From contig JBHGNT010000006.1 of NCBI GenBank assembly GCA_043228905.1, positions 15,872,001 through 15,936,000 of the forward strand: a stretch of 64,000 nucleotides of DNA. Direction: 5' to 3'. The translations under genes and the position numbers were made by a program. This stretch comes from Azolla caroliniana. Taxonomy: Eukaryota > Plantae > Polypodiophyta. This document shows, piece by piece, positions 23,919 through 36,550 of this stretch (positions within the stretch are counted from its first letter, which is position 1; every line of letters starts with the position of its first letter). Under the pieces are notes generated by a model. It had not been told where the DNA came from, did no database searches, and worked only from the letters and a program-made list of their open reading frames with translations.

Positions 23919-24796
23919 TGTGATTTGTCAATCCAAGAGTCATACAACGGACCGGTGCGAGTATAACCTGCTAAACCGACAAGCACCACCCGTCCGACGG
24001 ATCGAGCCAAGAAGCAGCCGAGACGAAGATGAAGATCGTTGGCAAAGAATGAACCGGTACCGACCGGCACAGGATGTCCGGTACGGAGACAGACAAGAGA
24101 ATGATGGCCGGTACGGGGATCGGCATGATAACTACGACCGGTATGAGCGATCGGACCGTTATCGGGAGTCCAACAGACGACACGAGCAATACGACAGAGA
24201 CCATTCCCCTGGTTACCGAAGGCACCAGGAGGACTACGGCCGATGTTACGATCCACCACGACAGGACTACCGAAATAAAAATAAGAATAATAAGAAACGT
24301 AATTTCAAGAAAGGTGGTCACCCTAGGGACCCGGAACATGGAACCCCAAGGAGCCAACCGGCACAGAACGCACCACTCACTACGGGACCGACTCCGGCTA
24401 CCAGCAATGCTGAATCCAGCAATACCCGTAAAGAGTACTGCTACTACTGCAGGCAGGAAGGCCACTACAGTAACCAGTGCCCGGCAAAGAGCTACGATAA
24501 ACGACCAGCAGTTAATATGGTGGTTCCGGAAGTGGCGGATTTACAGCAAGTAACCACACGGTCGAAAGGCATGGCCAAAGAGTGGGAAACACAAGAGGCC
24601 ATACGAAAACAGGCGATGGAATGGGTGAAGGAAGCCAATGAAAGGAACGTCGCGGACGCGGAACGGCAAAAGGCGAATACCATAGGGAGTGCCGGCGGTA
24701 GCTACGCAGAAAACGAGACATGGCAAGCACTGCAAGAATGTCAGATCACGTTGCCATTAGGAAGACTCTTGCAGCTCGTGCCGCGATTTACGGAAG
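23919..24796 (+). pseudogene. gag: Gag C-terminal part of element A
   Basis: ICQSKSHTTDRC, an RD-rich tract, CYYCRQEGHYSNQC and QVTTRSKG match B gag. Confidence 0.88.
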
Positions 24797-24901
24797 AACA
24801 ATTGGAAACTCTGGAACAAAGTATTTTGGACAATTTGGGTGAACAATGAAGGGGCCGAGCAGGGTTCGACGTACAAGGTACTGTCCCACGGGCGTGCCAT
24901 G

Positions 24902-25310
24902 TGTTACCGGCCGGCAAGGAGTCCAAAATACGGAGTGAAGGAATTAATTAAGTATGGTTGTAAATAAGCATAGTGTGGACGGACGGACTGGAAACGGTAT
25001 GCCGTTCCAGATCCGGACGGATCCCGAATAGGTGCGATAGGCACTGTTTTGTACTACGGGCCGGAAACCTATTTAAAGGCCCGGACCCCATTGTAATCGC
25101 AACGGATAATTAATAGAGCGTATGGTGTTTATACTTCTGTGTTGATTTCCGTTCTGTAATTACTGTTATATCTTACGCGTGTAATTAACAAAAGCGCTCT
25201 AATCGTGTGACCTACTTAAGTCGGTGTAATCGTTGAGTCATAATCCTATGCCGTAATCACCCTTTGGTGAAGTGTCTCCGTGACACCTTGTGTTAGGCCT
25301 TGTCCGGTCA
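24902..25310 (+). repeat. Third, internal LTR of element A lacking its last ~10 nt
   Basis: Near-identical to 12813-13221; ends at ccggtca. Confidence 0.92.
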
Positions 25311-26331
25311 CTTTGGCGGCGTAGTTGGGGTTCATTCGGTAACGTCTTTGTGCCACTGGTTTCGCGTCCTTGCCTAAGTGGATCTGATGCTGATATAATT
25401 GAGGGTCCAGCCCTCGCATGTCTTCGTATGACCAGGCGAATACGTCGCGAAACTCCGTGAGAAGTTTGATCATCGCCGCTTTATCTTCCGGCTTCATCTC
25501 TTTGGCGATGTGTACCGGCTTTGATTCGTCCTTGCTTCCTAGGTTCACTTCGTCGAGCTGGGATGTTTTTACCCGTTGGGAAACGGCTATTTCCCGTTCC
25601 AACGCTTCCTGTGCTTGCCGTAATTCCCGAATCGAAACTTTGTCTGGTTCGGCTTCGGTGTCGTCCCGCTGCGGCAAGTATGGTGCTATGGCTTCAGCCA
25701 CGTCAATCTCGAAGAGTGGTACGATCTTCGGGTGTTCCTCCAAGTACTGGGCTTCTTCGTCGTCTGCTAACCCTTCAAGCATGTTCACGCATTCCGCATA
25801 CAACGGTGTGCATTCCTTACCGTTGCTCGTCCGTGGTTGTGTCGGTACCCGGACCTTGGCTTTTCTGCGCCGGAAGGTAATCATATTTTTCCGCCAATTT
25901 TGCTTGATGTGTGCTGTTTTCAACCATGGTCTGCCCAGCAACAGTGGGTACGCGCCTTGCGCCTGTAGCTGCAGCACGACAGCCGAGATGTGAAATGTGT
26001 GACCTCCTATGGTGACTTCCAATTTCCGTATTAAGCTCGTCGGCCGTACAGAGCTCGTATCCGCCATCCGTAGCCAGAACGGACATGGCTCCCATTCATG
26101 TATACCCAAGGCATCACACGTGCGGAGGCTTATTACGTTCACCCCGGAACCTCCATCGATTACTGTGCCGGGAAGTTTGTGCCCTTTGACAATAGCTGTA
26201 ATCACCGGACTACTAGTGTCCACCACCGTCGGTCCCTCCTCCGGATTCGAGAAGAGGACTGGTGCCGGTGGGGCTACACCGTCTGTCATGACCGTTTTTA
26301 GTCCTTCCGTATCCGTCCATTGGAACGGTAC
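25311..26331 (-). pseudogene. pol: Inverted protease-to-RT-start segment of element A
   Basis: VIDGGSGVN...FAWSYEDM...YAAKV on the minus strand. Confidence 0.9.
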
Positions 26332-28282
26332 GGAGGATAAGGCATACAATGCCCTGAAGGTACTTTTGTCGCAAGCACACGTCGTGCAGCCTCCGGATTG
26401 GAGCAAGGAATTTCATGTGTTCGTTGACGCTTCCGACATCGCTATCGGCAGCGCCTTAATGCAACTTACGGAGCCCAAATGGTACCGGCCGGTATATTAC
26501 GCCAGCCGGAAGCTGTCCCAAGCGGAGAAGAACTATTCGACTACGGAACGGGAGGCCCTGGGCATGATCTACAATGTCACAAAGTTTCGTCATTACCTAT
26601 TGGGAAGGAAGTTCTCCTTTCATGTGGATCACTCGGCGCTCCTGTACTTAGTGTCCAAAGCGTCCCTGACCGGTAAGTTGGCCCGTTGGACCTTGCTGTT
26701 GCAGGAGTTCGAATTCGAGATCTTCCACCGGCCCGGTATCCAGCATGCCGTAGCAGACTATCTGAGCCGGTTAGAGTCCGGAGAATCAGGCGACGGAGTA
26801 TCGGATGAATTCCCGGACGCAGAGTTATTCCGTATCACCCCGGAAACGGCAGCGGACGACACGGTGGTATCAGAAGATAGGTGGCTGACAAACATGCACC
26901 AGTTCCTAAGCACGGGCTTGCCATCGGAGGAAATGAACTGGGACGAGAGGAAACGACTGGCGGTGCAGAGCCGCAATTTCTGTCTGTTACGGGACACTCT
27001 CTACCACAAGGGAGCAGATGGAATATGGAGACGGGCAGTCCGTAGTGACGAGAAACAAGTAATCTTACGGGAAGCACATTGTGGGGTTGCCGGAGGACAC
27101 TATGCCGGGGAAGCGACGGCAAGGAAAGTATGGCAGAGCGGCTTATGGTGGCCCACGACGTTAAAAGACGCCGTCAAGTATGCTAAGGAATGTGACCTAT
27201 GCCAACGAATGGGCCAGTCTACGGAGCAAGCACGGATGCCACACCAACCGGTACTTCCACTAGAGCCATTCCAGAAATGGGGGTTGGATTTTGTCGGACT
27301 GTTCAAGCCACCGGCAATGAGAACGGGTAATCGTTATGTCATCGTGGCAACAGATTATTGCACTAAATGGGTGGAGGCTAAGGCCTTGAGAGACAACACC
27401 GCGTCATCCACAGCAAAATTCCTGTACGAGAACATTTGGTGCCGATATGGATGTCCGATTGAATTAATCAGCGACCAAGGAGGGCACTTTCTCGGCCAGG
27501 TAGTTGAAAGCTTAACAACGTTCTATGCCGTGGTCCATAAACGGAGCACACCGTACTACCCACAAGCAAACGGGTTAGCAGAGTCAACCAACAAAACGCT
27601 CCAGAACATTCTCCGCAAAATCGTCAATGAAAACCGGACGGACTGGGATACAAAGCTCCGAACGGCATACAAAACAAGTATCCGGACAACGCTGTTCCGG
27701 TTAGCGTTCGGCTTAGAGGCGGTCATGCCGGTGGAATTTCAGGTACCAAGCTTACGGATCCAACTACGGGAACGGCTGAATGAAAAGGAGTCGGAGGAAA
27801 TGCGGCTAGCAGCACTACGCGAACTGGAGGAGCAACGGCTTGCCAGCATCCTACACATGGAACTGGAGCAACGACGACGGAAAGCGTTCGTTGACCGTCA
27901 CCGGAAAGGTAATGAAAAGATGTTCGAAATCGGAAAGCCGGTGCTAGTATTCCAAACGAGGATGGGCAAGATGCCGGGTAAACTCCGGTTTAGATGGATA
28001 GGCCCGTATTGGTTGACACGGGAATACAACGGGTCCTATCAGTTAGGGACACTTGCCGGTGAAGTGCTAGGCAAGTGGGTCAACGGATTTAGACTAAAGC
28101 CCTATAAAGGACCGATGCCAAGTAACCCGTTTATGCAGCCCACCGGCACTATACCGGGAACCTGTCCGGGAACGGTACGGATGGAAGAAAAAGACGACGG
28201 GCAACCCGTAGCAGAGGCGAAGGAAGACACGGCAACCCCTAAGGAAAACGGTAAGGGTCCGAAGGGACCTACGGATGTGTAA
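26329..28282 (+). pseudogene. pol: RNase H and integrase of element A (RT core missing)
   Basis: Open frame TEDKAY...VDASD...GLDFVG...ISDQG...NGLAES...WIGPY. Confidence 0.92.
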
Positions 28283-28304
28283 GATCACATACCGTCAAAT
28301 AAAA

Positions 28305-28335
<31 letters not shown>

Positions 28336-28671
28336 AAAGAGAAATCATTAAAAATCGAGGTATGAACGGACGTGAAAGCAAGGAGCGAAAAGGTACGTAG
28401 TGGGCATTTAAGAGCCGCCACATTACTTAATACTAAATTGGTACATGACGTGCGCATGCTTGAAAAAGGCGCCAAGACGCACAGAGAAAAAGCAGAACGC
28501 ATGGAGACCTTTTCATTTCGCGAGCCAAGAAGCACAGAAGCACCAAGGCGGTTGAAGCTTATCAGACGCGAACCTGCACTCAGAGAACCCCCACGTTCGG
28601 AACTCTCTCTCTCTCGCTCTCACTCTCATCACCACTCTACCTCGCCATCTTTCCTCGACCTCGAAGCAGAC

Positions 28672-30200
28672 ATGGACCCACAAACGCTGTCGGAAGCTGC
28701 CAGGAAATGGCTCAGGCAACACGGACTGGATGGGTTCTTGACCATCATGGAGGCACCACCGCACAAAGAAGCCGACCGGGTCATCAAGCAGCTCGACACA
28801 GAAGTCATCACCGAGGAAGCGATCCGTGCGCTAACAGGCCTTCCGGAGGGAGGTATTTTTCAGATCGATAACCCAACCTCGGAGCAACTCATCCGATATT
28901 TCGGTGAGTACTCTCTAGCCGGCAAAGGCTATCGAACGCAGGGCGGCGAAGATCCGCTATTCAGGGAGATAGCTCGAGTGCTCCATGAGTACGGCCACGT
29001 GTACCCCCGACCCCCTGTCATGCCAAAAAATCGGGCAGGGATGATCATAGCCACCTATGAAGGGATCAAGGTGGATTGGCCGGTGTTGATTGCAGACGGT
29101 TTGTGCGCGGCAATCGACACGGTACGAGGAAAGGACGGCAAGAGAAGAACAGGCTCCGGAGGAACGCCGAAATAGAAGTAGAGCGCCTGAAAGAGGAACT
29201 CCGGCAGCTAAAGGACCGGGAGGACCGGAACCATCGCCAGATCAACAGCAAGCTCAAACAAAAAACGGAAGAATTTGAGCACTTGCACCGGGAGTATAAA
29301 CGGATGCAAACGGAGCACAAGGAACGGACGGATGAGCTCCGGCAAGCAGTTGATCGGACCGCAACGGCATACGCTAATGAACAAGCGGAAACCAGAAGAC
29401 GGTTGGAAGAGGCAGAGAAGGTTCGGACAGAGCTCCTCAGGCAACAGCAGGCGGAAAGAGAAAGAGCGGCGGCGGTACTGCAGAAGCTGCAAACAACATA
29501 TCAAGGGCAGCTGACGCACTACAAAGAGCAGGCGGAGGATACGGCTAATCTCATCAAGCAGTTGAAGGAGGAACAACAAGTTGTGGAAAGTAGAGCGCAA
29601 ATGGGAGCAAGTCGCATCCAGGATATCATGCGGGCCTGGTTGAACCAGACCAAGAGCTTGATTGACAACGGTTCCGTCAAATGGTGGACCAAGTGGGCCC
29701 AGAACGCGGCGGAACTCCAATTGCTCCGGGCTGACGTAGAGAACCGGCGGAAGGAGAGGGATGATTGCTATATGCTGACTTCCGAAGACTTCACCGGCAT
29801 AAGAGATGAGCTGGCCGAAGACTTTCAAGCCTTGGCAGAGGACCAACTAGGGCAAGTCCGGCAACTTGTAGCTCAGCTGGACGACGACAGGCTGGAGGCA
29901 CAGATCCAGTTTGAAAGCTACGAGAGGTCCCAGATCCGGGAAGAGAAGGCACGAGAACCGGTTACGGTCAACCTCAGTGATGAGGAACCGTTACTGGAAG
30001 GAGACCGGACTGGAAACAGTCAGACGGAGATGCCGGAGTCAGAGAAACAAACGGAGCAGCCGCCTATAGAGCAGCCGGAGCAGTCTCAGTCCCAACCGCA
30101 ACCACAGCAGCAGCAGCAAGCACAGCCGCAACAACCACAACCGGAAGAACAATTGGAAACTCTGGAACAAAGTATTTTGGACAATTTGGGTGAACAATGA
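28672..30200 (+). pseudogene. Extra 3' ORF of A with an internal frameshifting deletion at ~29145
   Basis: The N-domain (ITEEAIRALTGLPEGG...GIKVDWPVLI) is joined directly to the coiled-coil part, and the ORF ends LEQSILDNLGEQ*. Confidence 0.8.
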
Positions 30201-31150
30201 AGGGGCCGAGCAGGGTTCGACGTACAAGGTACTGTCCCACGGGCGTGCCATGTGTTACCGGCCGGCAAGGAGTCCAAAATACGGAGTGAAGGAATTAATT
30301 AAGTATGGTTGTAAATAAGCATAGTGTGGACGGACGGACTGGAAACGGTATGCCGTTCCAGATCCGGACGGATCCCGAATAGGTGCGATAGGCACCGTTT
30401 TGTACTATGGGCCGGAAACCTATTTAAAGGCCCGAACCCCATTGTAATCGCAGCGGATAATTAATAGAGCGTATGGTGTTTATACTTCTGTGTTGATTTC
30501 CGTTCTGTAATTACTGTTATATCTTACACGTGTAATTAACAAAAGCGCTCTAATCGTGTGACCTACTTAAGTCGGTGTAATCGTTGAGTCATAATCCTAT
30601 GCCGTAATCACCCTTTGGTGAAGTGTCTCCGTGACACCTTGTGTTAGGCCTTGTCCGGTCAGAGAACAACAGATGTGTTGAGAATCAAACTCAACTTCCC
30701 TAGTGTGGGACACACCCTAGTGTGTGAACACCCCACCAACTATTGTAGTAACTAGTGTGTCATAGAATCTTATAGTTCTATGACACATATTCATTGTAGT
30801 TAAGTCTCCACCTCCCTTTAGTTAAGAGGCGGTTGTAGAAAGAGAATATAGAGAGAAGGTGACTATATAAGCACCTTCCCACCTTATTTATAGTTAATGG
30901 TCATTCTTATAATCCTTTCCTTGATAATATAGTCTTCACTTGTTTTTTGTATACGTCGAGATCTCTCACTCTCACTCTCACTCTATCTCACACACACACA
31001 TATCTCTTCCGTTGCACACTCTCATTTCTTTACAATTAGACATGTTGGCTAACACATAACACTCGATTATAACACAAGAGGTCACGAGTTTGAATCGTAA
31101 CATGACCGTTGTCATGTCTGTGACATTATCCCCCCTGTTTAGCGCTGACT

Positions 31151-33935
31151 TCAAGGTGGCGCAGGCTTGTGTGGAAAATGAAGATGGAAATGACGAACTG
31201 CCTTGGCTGCATTCATCATATGGTATTGAGGTTCCCAAGTAGCTTCAGATATTGGGTATCCTTTCCAGCATACCAAATAATAGAGTTTTTGACGTAGAAG
31301 CTTGGACCCGAGGATTTCTTCAACTTCATAGTCATTGCCACACTCCAACTCGACGGGCAGTGGTTGAGCGGGTTGCCATCCAGGAAGTACAGAGGGATGG
31401 TAAACCTCCAAGAGGGATACATGGAAAATGTCATGGATGCGATAGTGTGGTGGAAGATTGAGCTGATAGGCCATGGGATTGATACACTTGGAGATACGAA
31501 AGGGGCCCAATTTTGTGTAATCTAGTTTGGCACATGGATGAGTGGTCGTAATATTGCACCGTAGTAGCCAAACCATGTCACTTACTTGAAAGTTGGGGGC
31601 CAGATCCCGTAGATTGTTGGCCATTTCCTTTTGCCTGTCTTGCGCATTAACGAGCTCAAGAGTTAGATCTTGGTGGATTTCTTTTAGATGAAGTGCCTGC
31701 TCTTCAGCTGAGGGGTTCACTGAACCAGAGGGAAGGGATATGTTGACGCGAGGCTGGAAACCAAAGATGGAAAAGAATGGGGAGGTTCTGATGGATGAAT
31801 GAAGGGTGTTATTATAAGAGAATTCAGCCAACAGGAGGAATGTAGTCCAATCGTCTTGTTGGTAACTCACCACACATTGAAGATATTGCTCTAATACCTC
31901 ATTTACGCGTTTCGCTTGCCTGTTTGTTTGTGGATGGAATGCCATCAATAACTTGGTGGTGGTGCCAAGAATATGGAAGAGATGTTTCAAAAAATGGGAA
32001 ATAAATGAGGCACCATGACCGAAGACGATGTCTTCAGGTAACCCATTGAGGCGAACAACATTAGATTTGTTATCTCTAAGCCTGAGATGACTTTGGAACA
32101 TGGTATAAAATGTGCCATTTTGGTAAATCAGTCCACGACTACCAAGACGAAGTCATGTCCCTCAGAGAGTGGCAAGTCAGTGATGAAGTCCATAGATATG
32201 GATGACCACGACTGATCCGGTAGTGGGAGAGGTCGAAGTAGTCCATACGGGCAATGCTGAACTGTTTTGGATCGAGCACAGATGTCACAAGTCTTGATGA
32301 ATTCTTTCACTAGCTTCCATTGTTTGGGCCACCAATAGGTCCAAGAGATCGGCTCTAAAGTTTTGGCGACCCCAAAAGGGCTTGCAAGTGAACCATCGTG
32401 GCATTAAGTTAGAATGCAAACTCGACATGGACCTTCCGGGACATAGACTAGATTGTTCCTTAGGAGTACCCCATCTTGAAAGGAGAAATTTTCAAGGTCA
32501 TCTTGATGTGATTGATGAGTTGGGTCCTTGAAACATGCTTTGATTTCCTGAGCAAAGCTATCGGTTGTAGTGGCCGTGGTGATTTTAGCAAGGAGGGTGT
32601 TGTCTTGGAGGACATATGTTGTGAAGACTTGAACTTGATTAGGTGCCAATAGACATTGGGATTGTTGGTCATATGCCTTGTCCCCGAGGCAGGGTGCTAG
32701 CTTTGGCCACCTAGAAAGAGCATCGACTTTGCTATGCTGGTGTGCTGGATGAAATGTGATTTCGAAGTCATTGTCGGCAAGGAAAATTGACCATCGAGCT
32801 TGTTGACGATTCAAGGTGCGGGTAGAAGAAAAATAGAGAAGGTTTTTGTGGTTGGTTACGACTTGAACATAGTGTTGGGCCCCAGCTTGGTTAGGCCTCC
32901 ATTCCTCGAACGTAGAGATAATGGAGGCAAGTTCCTTGTTATAGATCGGGTAGTTGATCTCAGGAGCTATGAATTTACATGAGTAGTAAGCTACCGGATG
33001 GTATACCCCATCGTTGTTGGGTTGTGAGAGGATAGCGCCGATAGCAAAGTCAGACGCATCTGTTTCCACTATGAATGGCTTTGTTGGGTCGAGGTGAAGA
33101 AGTACTCAGGCAGTCATAAAGGCAGATTTCAGCGCCATGAATGCAAATTGTTCTCCCAACATCCAACAGAAGGGTCGGTCCTTACGAGTGAGTGCAACCA
33201 ATGGTTGCACAATTTTGGAGAACCCTTTAATAAATCAACGATAGAAATTTGTAGAGCCAATGAAGGATTGAATATCTCTTACTTGGGTGGGAGGTTGCCA
33301 TTCTTGAACTGTGGCCACTTTTCGTTGATCCATGGAAATACCATCGGGAGAGATGATGTAGCCTAGAAATTCTACAGAAGACTGCTCGAATGCGCACTTC
33401 TCATATTTGGCGTAAAGACCGTGTTCCCGAAGTCTTGACAGCACCAGGCAGACATGCTGCTCATGGGTATCGAGATTCTAGGAGTAGATGAGAATGTCAT
33501 CTTAATAGGCCATGATGAATTGGTCGAGATACTCGCGGAAGATATCATTCATCAAGTGTTGGAATATGGTGGGGACGTTGGTTAGCCCAAATGGCATGAT
33601 ACGATACTTGAACAACCCGTATCGGGTTCAGAATGTTGGCTTCCATTCGTCTCGTAGATCAATTTTTGAGAACACTCGTCCATGCTGAAAGCAGTCCAAA
33701 AGATTTGGAATCAAAGGTAGTGGGTAGCGATTGTTGATTGTTACCTTGTTAAGTCCTCAGTAGTCGACACATAGATGCAAGGAGCCATCTTTTTTCTTGA
33801 CGAACGAGATTGGTGCCCTGGCCGGAGATTTTGCATGACGAATGAACCCTTTCACCAAGTTTTCGTCGATGTATGCACGACGCACATCCAACTCTAGCTC
33901 GAATAACCGGTAGATGGGAGGGTTAAAGCATGCGA
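31151..33935 (-). pseudogene. pol: Chromovirus F pol: RT, RH, IN, chromodomain
   Basis: [40 protein letters not shown] and YEVEEIL...YLVCWKGY...TWEP motifs. Confidence 0.92.
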
Positions 33936-34224
33936 GTGGAATCAATTAGCCATGTCTTTGACATAACTAATTAGCTATGCAAAAAGCTACCAGTGATAAA
34001 TAGTCATTTTTGCACCATGAATGAAAACATTAGAATGTTTTAATTATAGAAATAAGCACCATAAATGTGTAACATAAACGTGCAACATAAATGGATATGT
34101 GCACCATAAGTTATATACTGAATTCCTAGGTCCATTATGCATGATCCATTGCCACATCACGTTGGCCATCACTTTGTGATTATTCAAGCTTAGGTTACTG
34201 CCACTGTTCCTAAACCCTATTCAG

Positions 34225-34720
34225 CTGACTCCTCCATTGCCACCATTCTACACTCAGTTTCCGCCACTGTGCGGTCCAAACATCATCTGCCACAGTTTGA
34301 TCCGATGGAGTTGACTCCTCCATTGCCACCATTCTACACTCAGTTGCCGCCATTGTTTGGTCCAAGCATCATCTGCCATTGTTCTCTCCTATTGAGTTCA
34401 CTTCTCCATTGCCACCATTCTACACTCAGTTGCTGCTACTATTCGGTCGTGGATTGCTGCCATTGTTCGATCCGACGGAGTTCACTCCTCCACTGCCGCC
34501 ATTCTACACTCAGTTTCCGCCACTATGCGTTCGTGGAATGATCTACCATTGTTTGATCTAACAGAGTTCACTCCTCCATTGCCACCATTCTACACTCAGT
34601 TACCGCCACTGTTCGGTCCTGGATCGCAATAACTATTCGATCTAACGGAGTTCACTCCTCCATTGCCACCATTCTCACTCAGTTGCCACCACTGTTCAGT
34701 CCTAGATTGCAATAATTGTT
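34225..34720. repeat. ~84-bp minisatellite, ~6 copies
   Basis: Core actcctccattgccaccattctacactcagtt repeats at ~34228, 34314, 34399, 34484, 34570 and 34654. Confidence 0.9.
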
Positions 34721-35924
34721 CCATTTGTTGATTATCTTGTGTATTGCGGAATAATTTTGTGTATTGTTGTTGCCCATAGTCATCTTAGCTCGTTCCTGAC
34801 AATGGTTGAGTAGCTTTCACTCCGCTGCAACAAACATAAAACTACTAATGGTGGGATCACTCTTGTGAATAACCGGTTTGCATGTGGTTTAGTAAATAGC
34901 TACGTGTCCTTTTTTGTGTGGAAATTTACTAATGAATATTTCAAGCCAAATGGAAGGGGAAGGAGGGTGTTTACCAATACCCCTCATGGATCATCAGGAT
35001 AGGGATGACGCTATTAGTACACAACAAGCGATACGAAAGTATTGGGCAGAAAAGAAAAGGAAACATCGTCAATTATTGAAGGATACAAAGCCACATTCAC
35101 TAAAGGTAAGGATAGCATTGGTTGCGATATAAGTCTGAATACCACTAAGAATGGAAGTAAGGAGACTATTATCATAGAGAGAAAGGTTGTAGACCATTTC
35201 AATGTTCAGACCAAGCACATCAACAATGAAGACAAGAAGGTAGTACTTCTGGAATATTAAATGATCCATCGATAAAAGAGTTAGTTGATTGTGATGGTAT
35301 TAATGCATGTTCTATGTTGACCATACGGTCGTGACAAGGAGTGTAGAATGGTAGATCATCGGTGGGTAGAGCCTAGATGTAAGAGAGGTTTAGGGTTTAG
35401 GGGTTTAGGAGGGGTGTGGGGTTTAGGGATTAGGGTTTAGGGTTGATGACCTTGCAGTCGTAACAAGGAGTGCGGAATGATGGATCATCGGAGGGTAGAG
35501 TTAGGCGAAGAGGAACACCAAGCTTGATTTGAGCGCACCCGAATCAAATATGAGGTAGAGGAAGGGGAGAGGGAGACGACATGATTAGGAATAGGGGGTT
35601 AGATAAAAGAGAGGGGTAAGGGGAGGGGATTAACATACTAATTAAAAATAAAGTGCAAGAGAGAGAGAGGGAGGGAAGGAGGGATTAACACATAATTAAG
35701 CCTAGGATTAAAAATAAATAAATAAACAAGATTAAAGATATAATTAAAATTTAAAAACGAGGGGTAAGGGGAGGGGAGAGGATTAACATACTAAGGCTAA
35801 ACATAAACACTAATGGAAACGATTAACACATAAACATAATAAGAAAAAAATAACATAATCCAAGAACTAAAACGTAATCATAATTCTAGAAACATAAACC
35901 TAAAAACAAGGTAAGGGGAGGGTA

Positions 35925-35970
<46 letters not shown>

Positions 35971-36550
35971 TTAAAACATAATTAAGTCTAAGATTAAAAT
36001 TAAAAACGAGATTAAAAACATAGTTAAAAATTAAAAAGTGGGGTAAGGGGAGATAAGGGGAAATCCCCCCCTCTAACTCATACTCTACCCCTCCCTAGTA
36101 TCTTAATAAACCCCCTTCTTACTATCCCCTCTCTAATATAAAAACCCCCTTCACCCACCACACCACCCCTCCCTCCTATCCTAATCATAAACATTATAGA
36201 AGTACACCACACCCCACTAATCCTCCCCATACCACACACCATAGGAACCCACCTTCTAGCCGACCAAAAAACGACTAGAACATCGTGATAAGCGTGTTAA
36301 CAAGCACTTTAGACACACTGTGCATCCTTGTAGACACCTATTTTATCTTCTTAATAGGATCACCTCCACCCCAGACACTTTTATGTGGCTAGGTAATACA
36401 AATACATGTTTCCCCTTCCGCCCACGCCAAAAAAAATCCAATAGTAATAGACTACGAAAAAAGTTTTGGAAACCACTTAATGCTACCCTTTGAATAGAAA
36501 GTAAAATTCACAATTGATCTAAACACCCCCTCACAAATAATGAAACACAA

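Larger units (their letters stand above)
12813..30671 (+). mobile_element. Non-chromovirus Ty3/Gypsy element A, rearranged, with three LTR copies
   Basis: 419-bp LTRs at 12813-13231 and 30253-30671. Perfect TSD GATGT (12808-12812 and 30672-30676). Extra internal LTR 24902-25310. PBS tggcgaccac at 13238-13247. Confidence 0.93.
6256..31034 (+). mobile_element. Ty1/Copia element D, internally deleted, host to elements E and A
   Basis: LTRs 6256-6648 and 30676-31034 (tgttgagaatc...tctttaca). TSD attgg/attag. PBS tggtattagag at 6649. Gag ~6800-7031 resumes at 10246. Confidence 0.9.
6015..33935 (-). mobile_element. Tcn1-like chromovirus F (5'-truncated); 3' LTR split into ~6015-6255 and 31035-31125 by Copia D
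   Basis: PPT (reverse complement) at ~31126-31140 abuts tgaca at 31125. The LTR shares attcaaac..tgacc.ttgtgtta with the chromovirus E LTR. RT-RH-IN-chromodomain remnants at 31151-33935. The left LTR end (6015) is tentative. Confidence 0.7.

Noticed and set aside
24848-24860. gaaggggccgag as the PPT of element A
   Set aside because: It is ~45 nt from the LTR and is not conserved in B. A PPT must abut the LTR to define its end.
24862-24899. tRNA gene or SINE suggested by GGTTCGA...CCA
   Set aside because: Only the 3' third of a tRNA is present, with no D or anticodon arm and no A box. It is fixed 2 nt from the LTR in every copy, so it is treated as an element cis-signal.
25246-28282. ORFs 26009-28282 (757 aa) and 25246-26406 (386 aa) as novel fusion proteins
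   Set aside because: Their N-termini are antisense read-through across the inversion junction at ~26310-26330.
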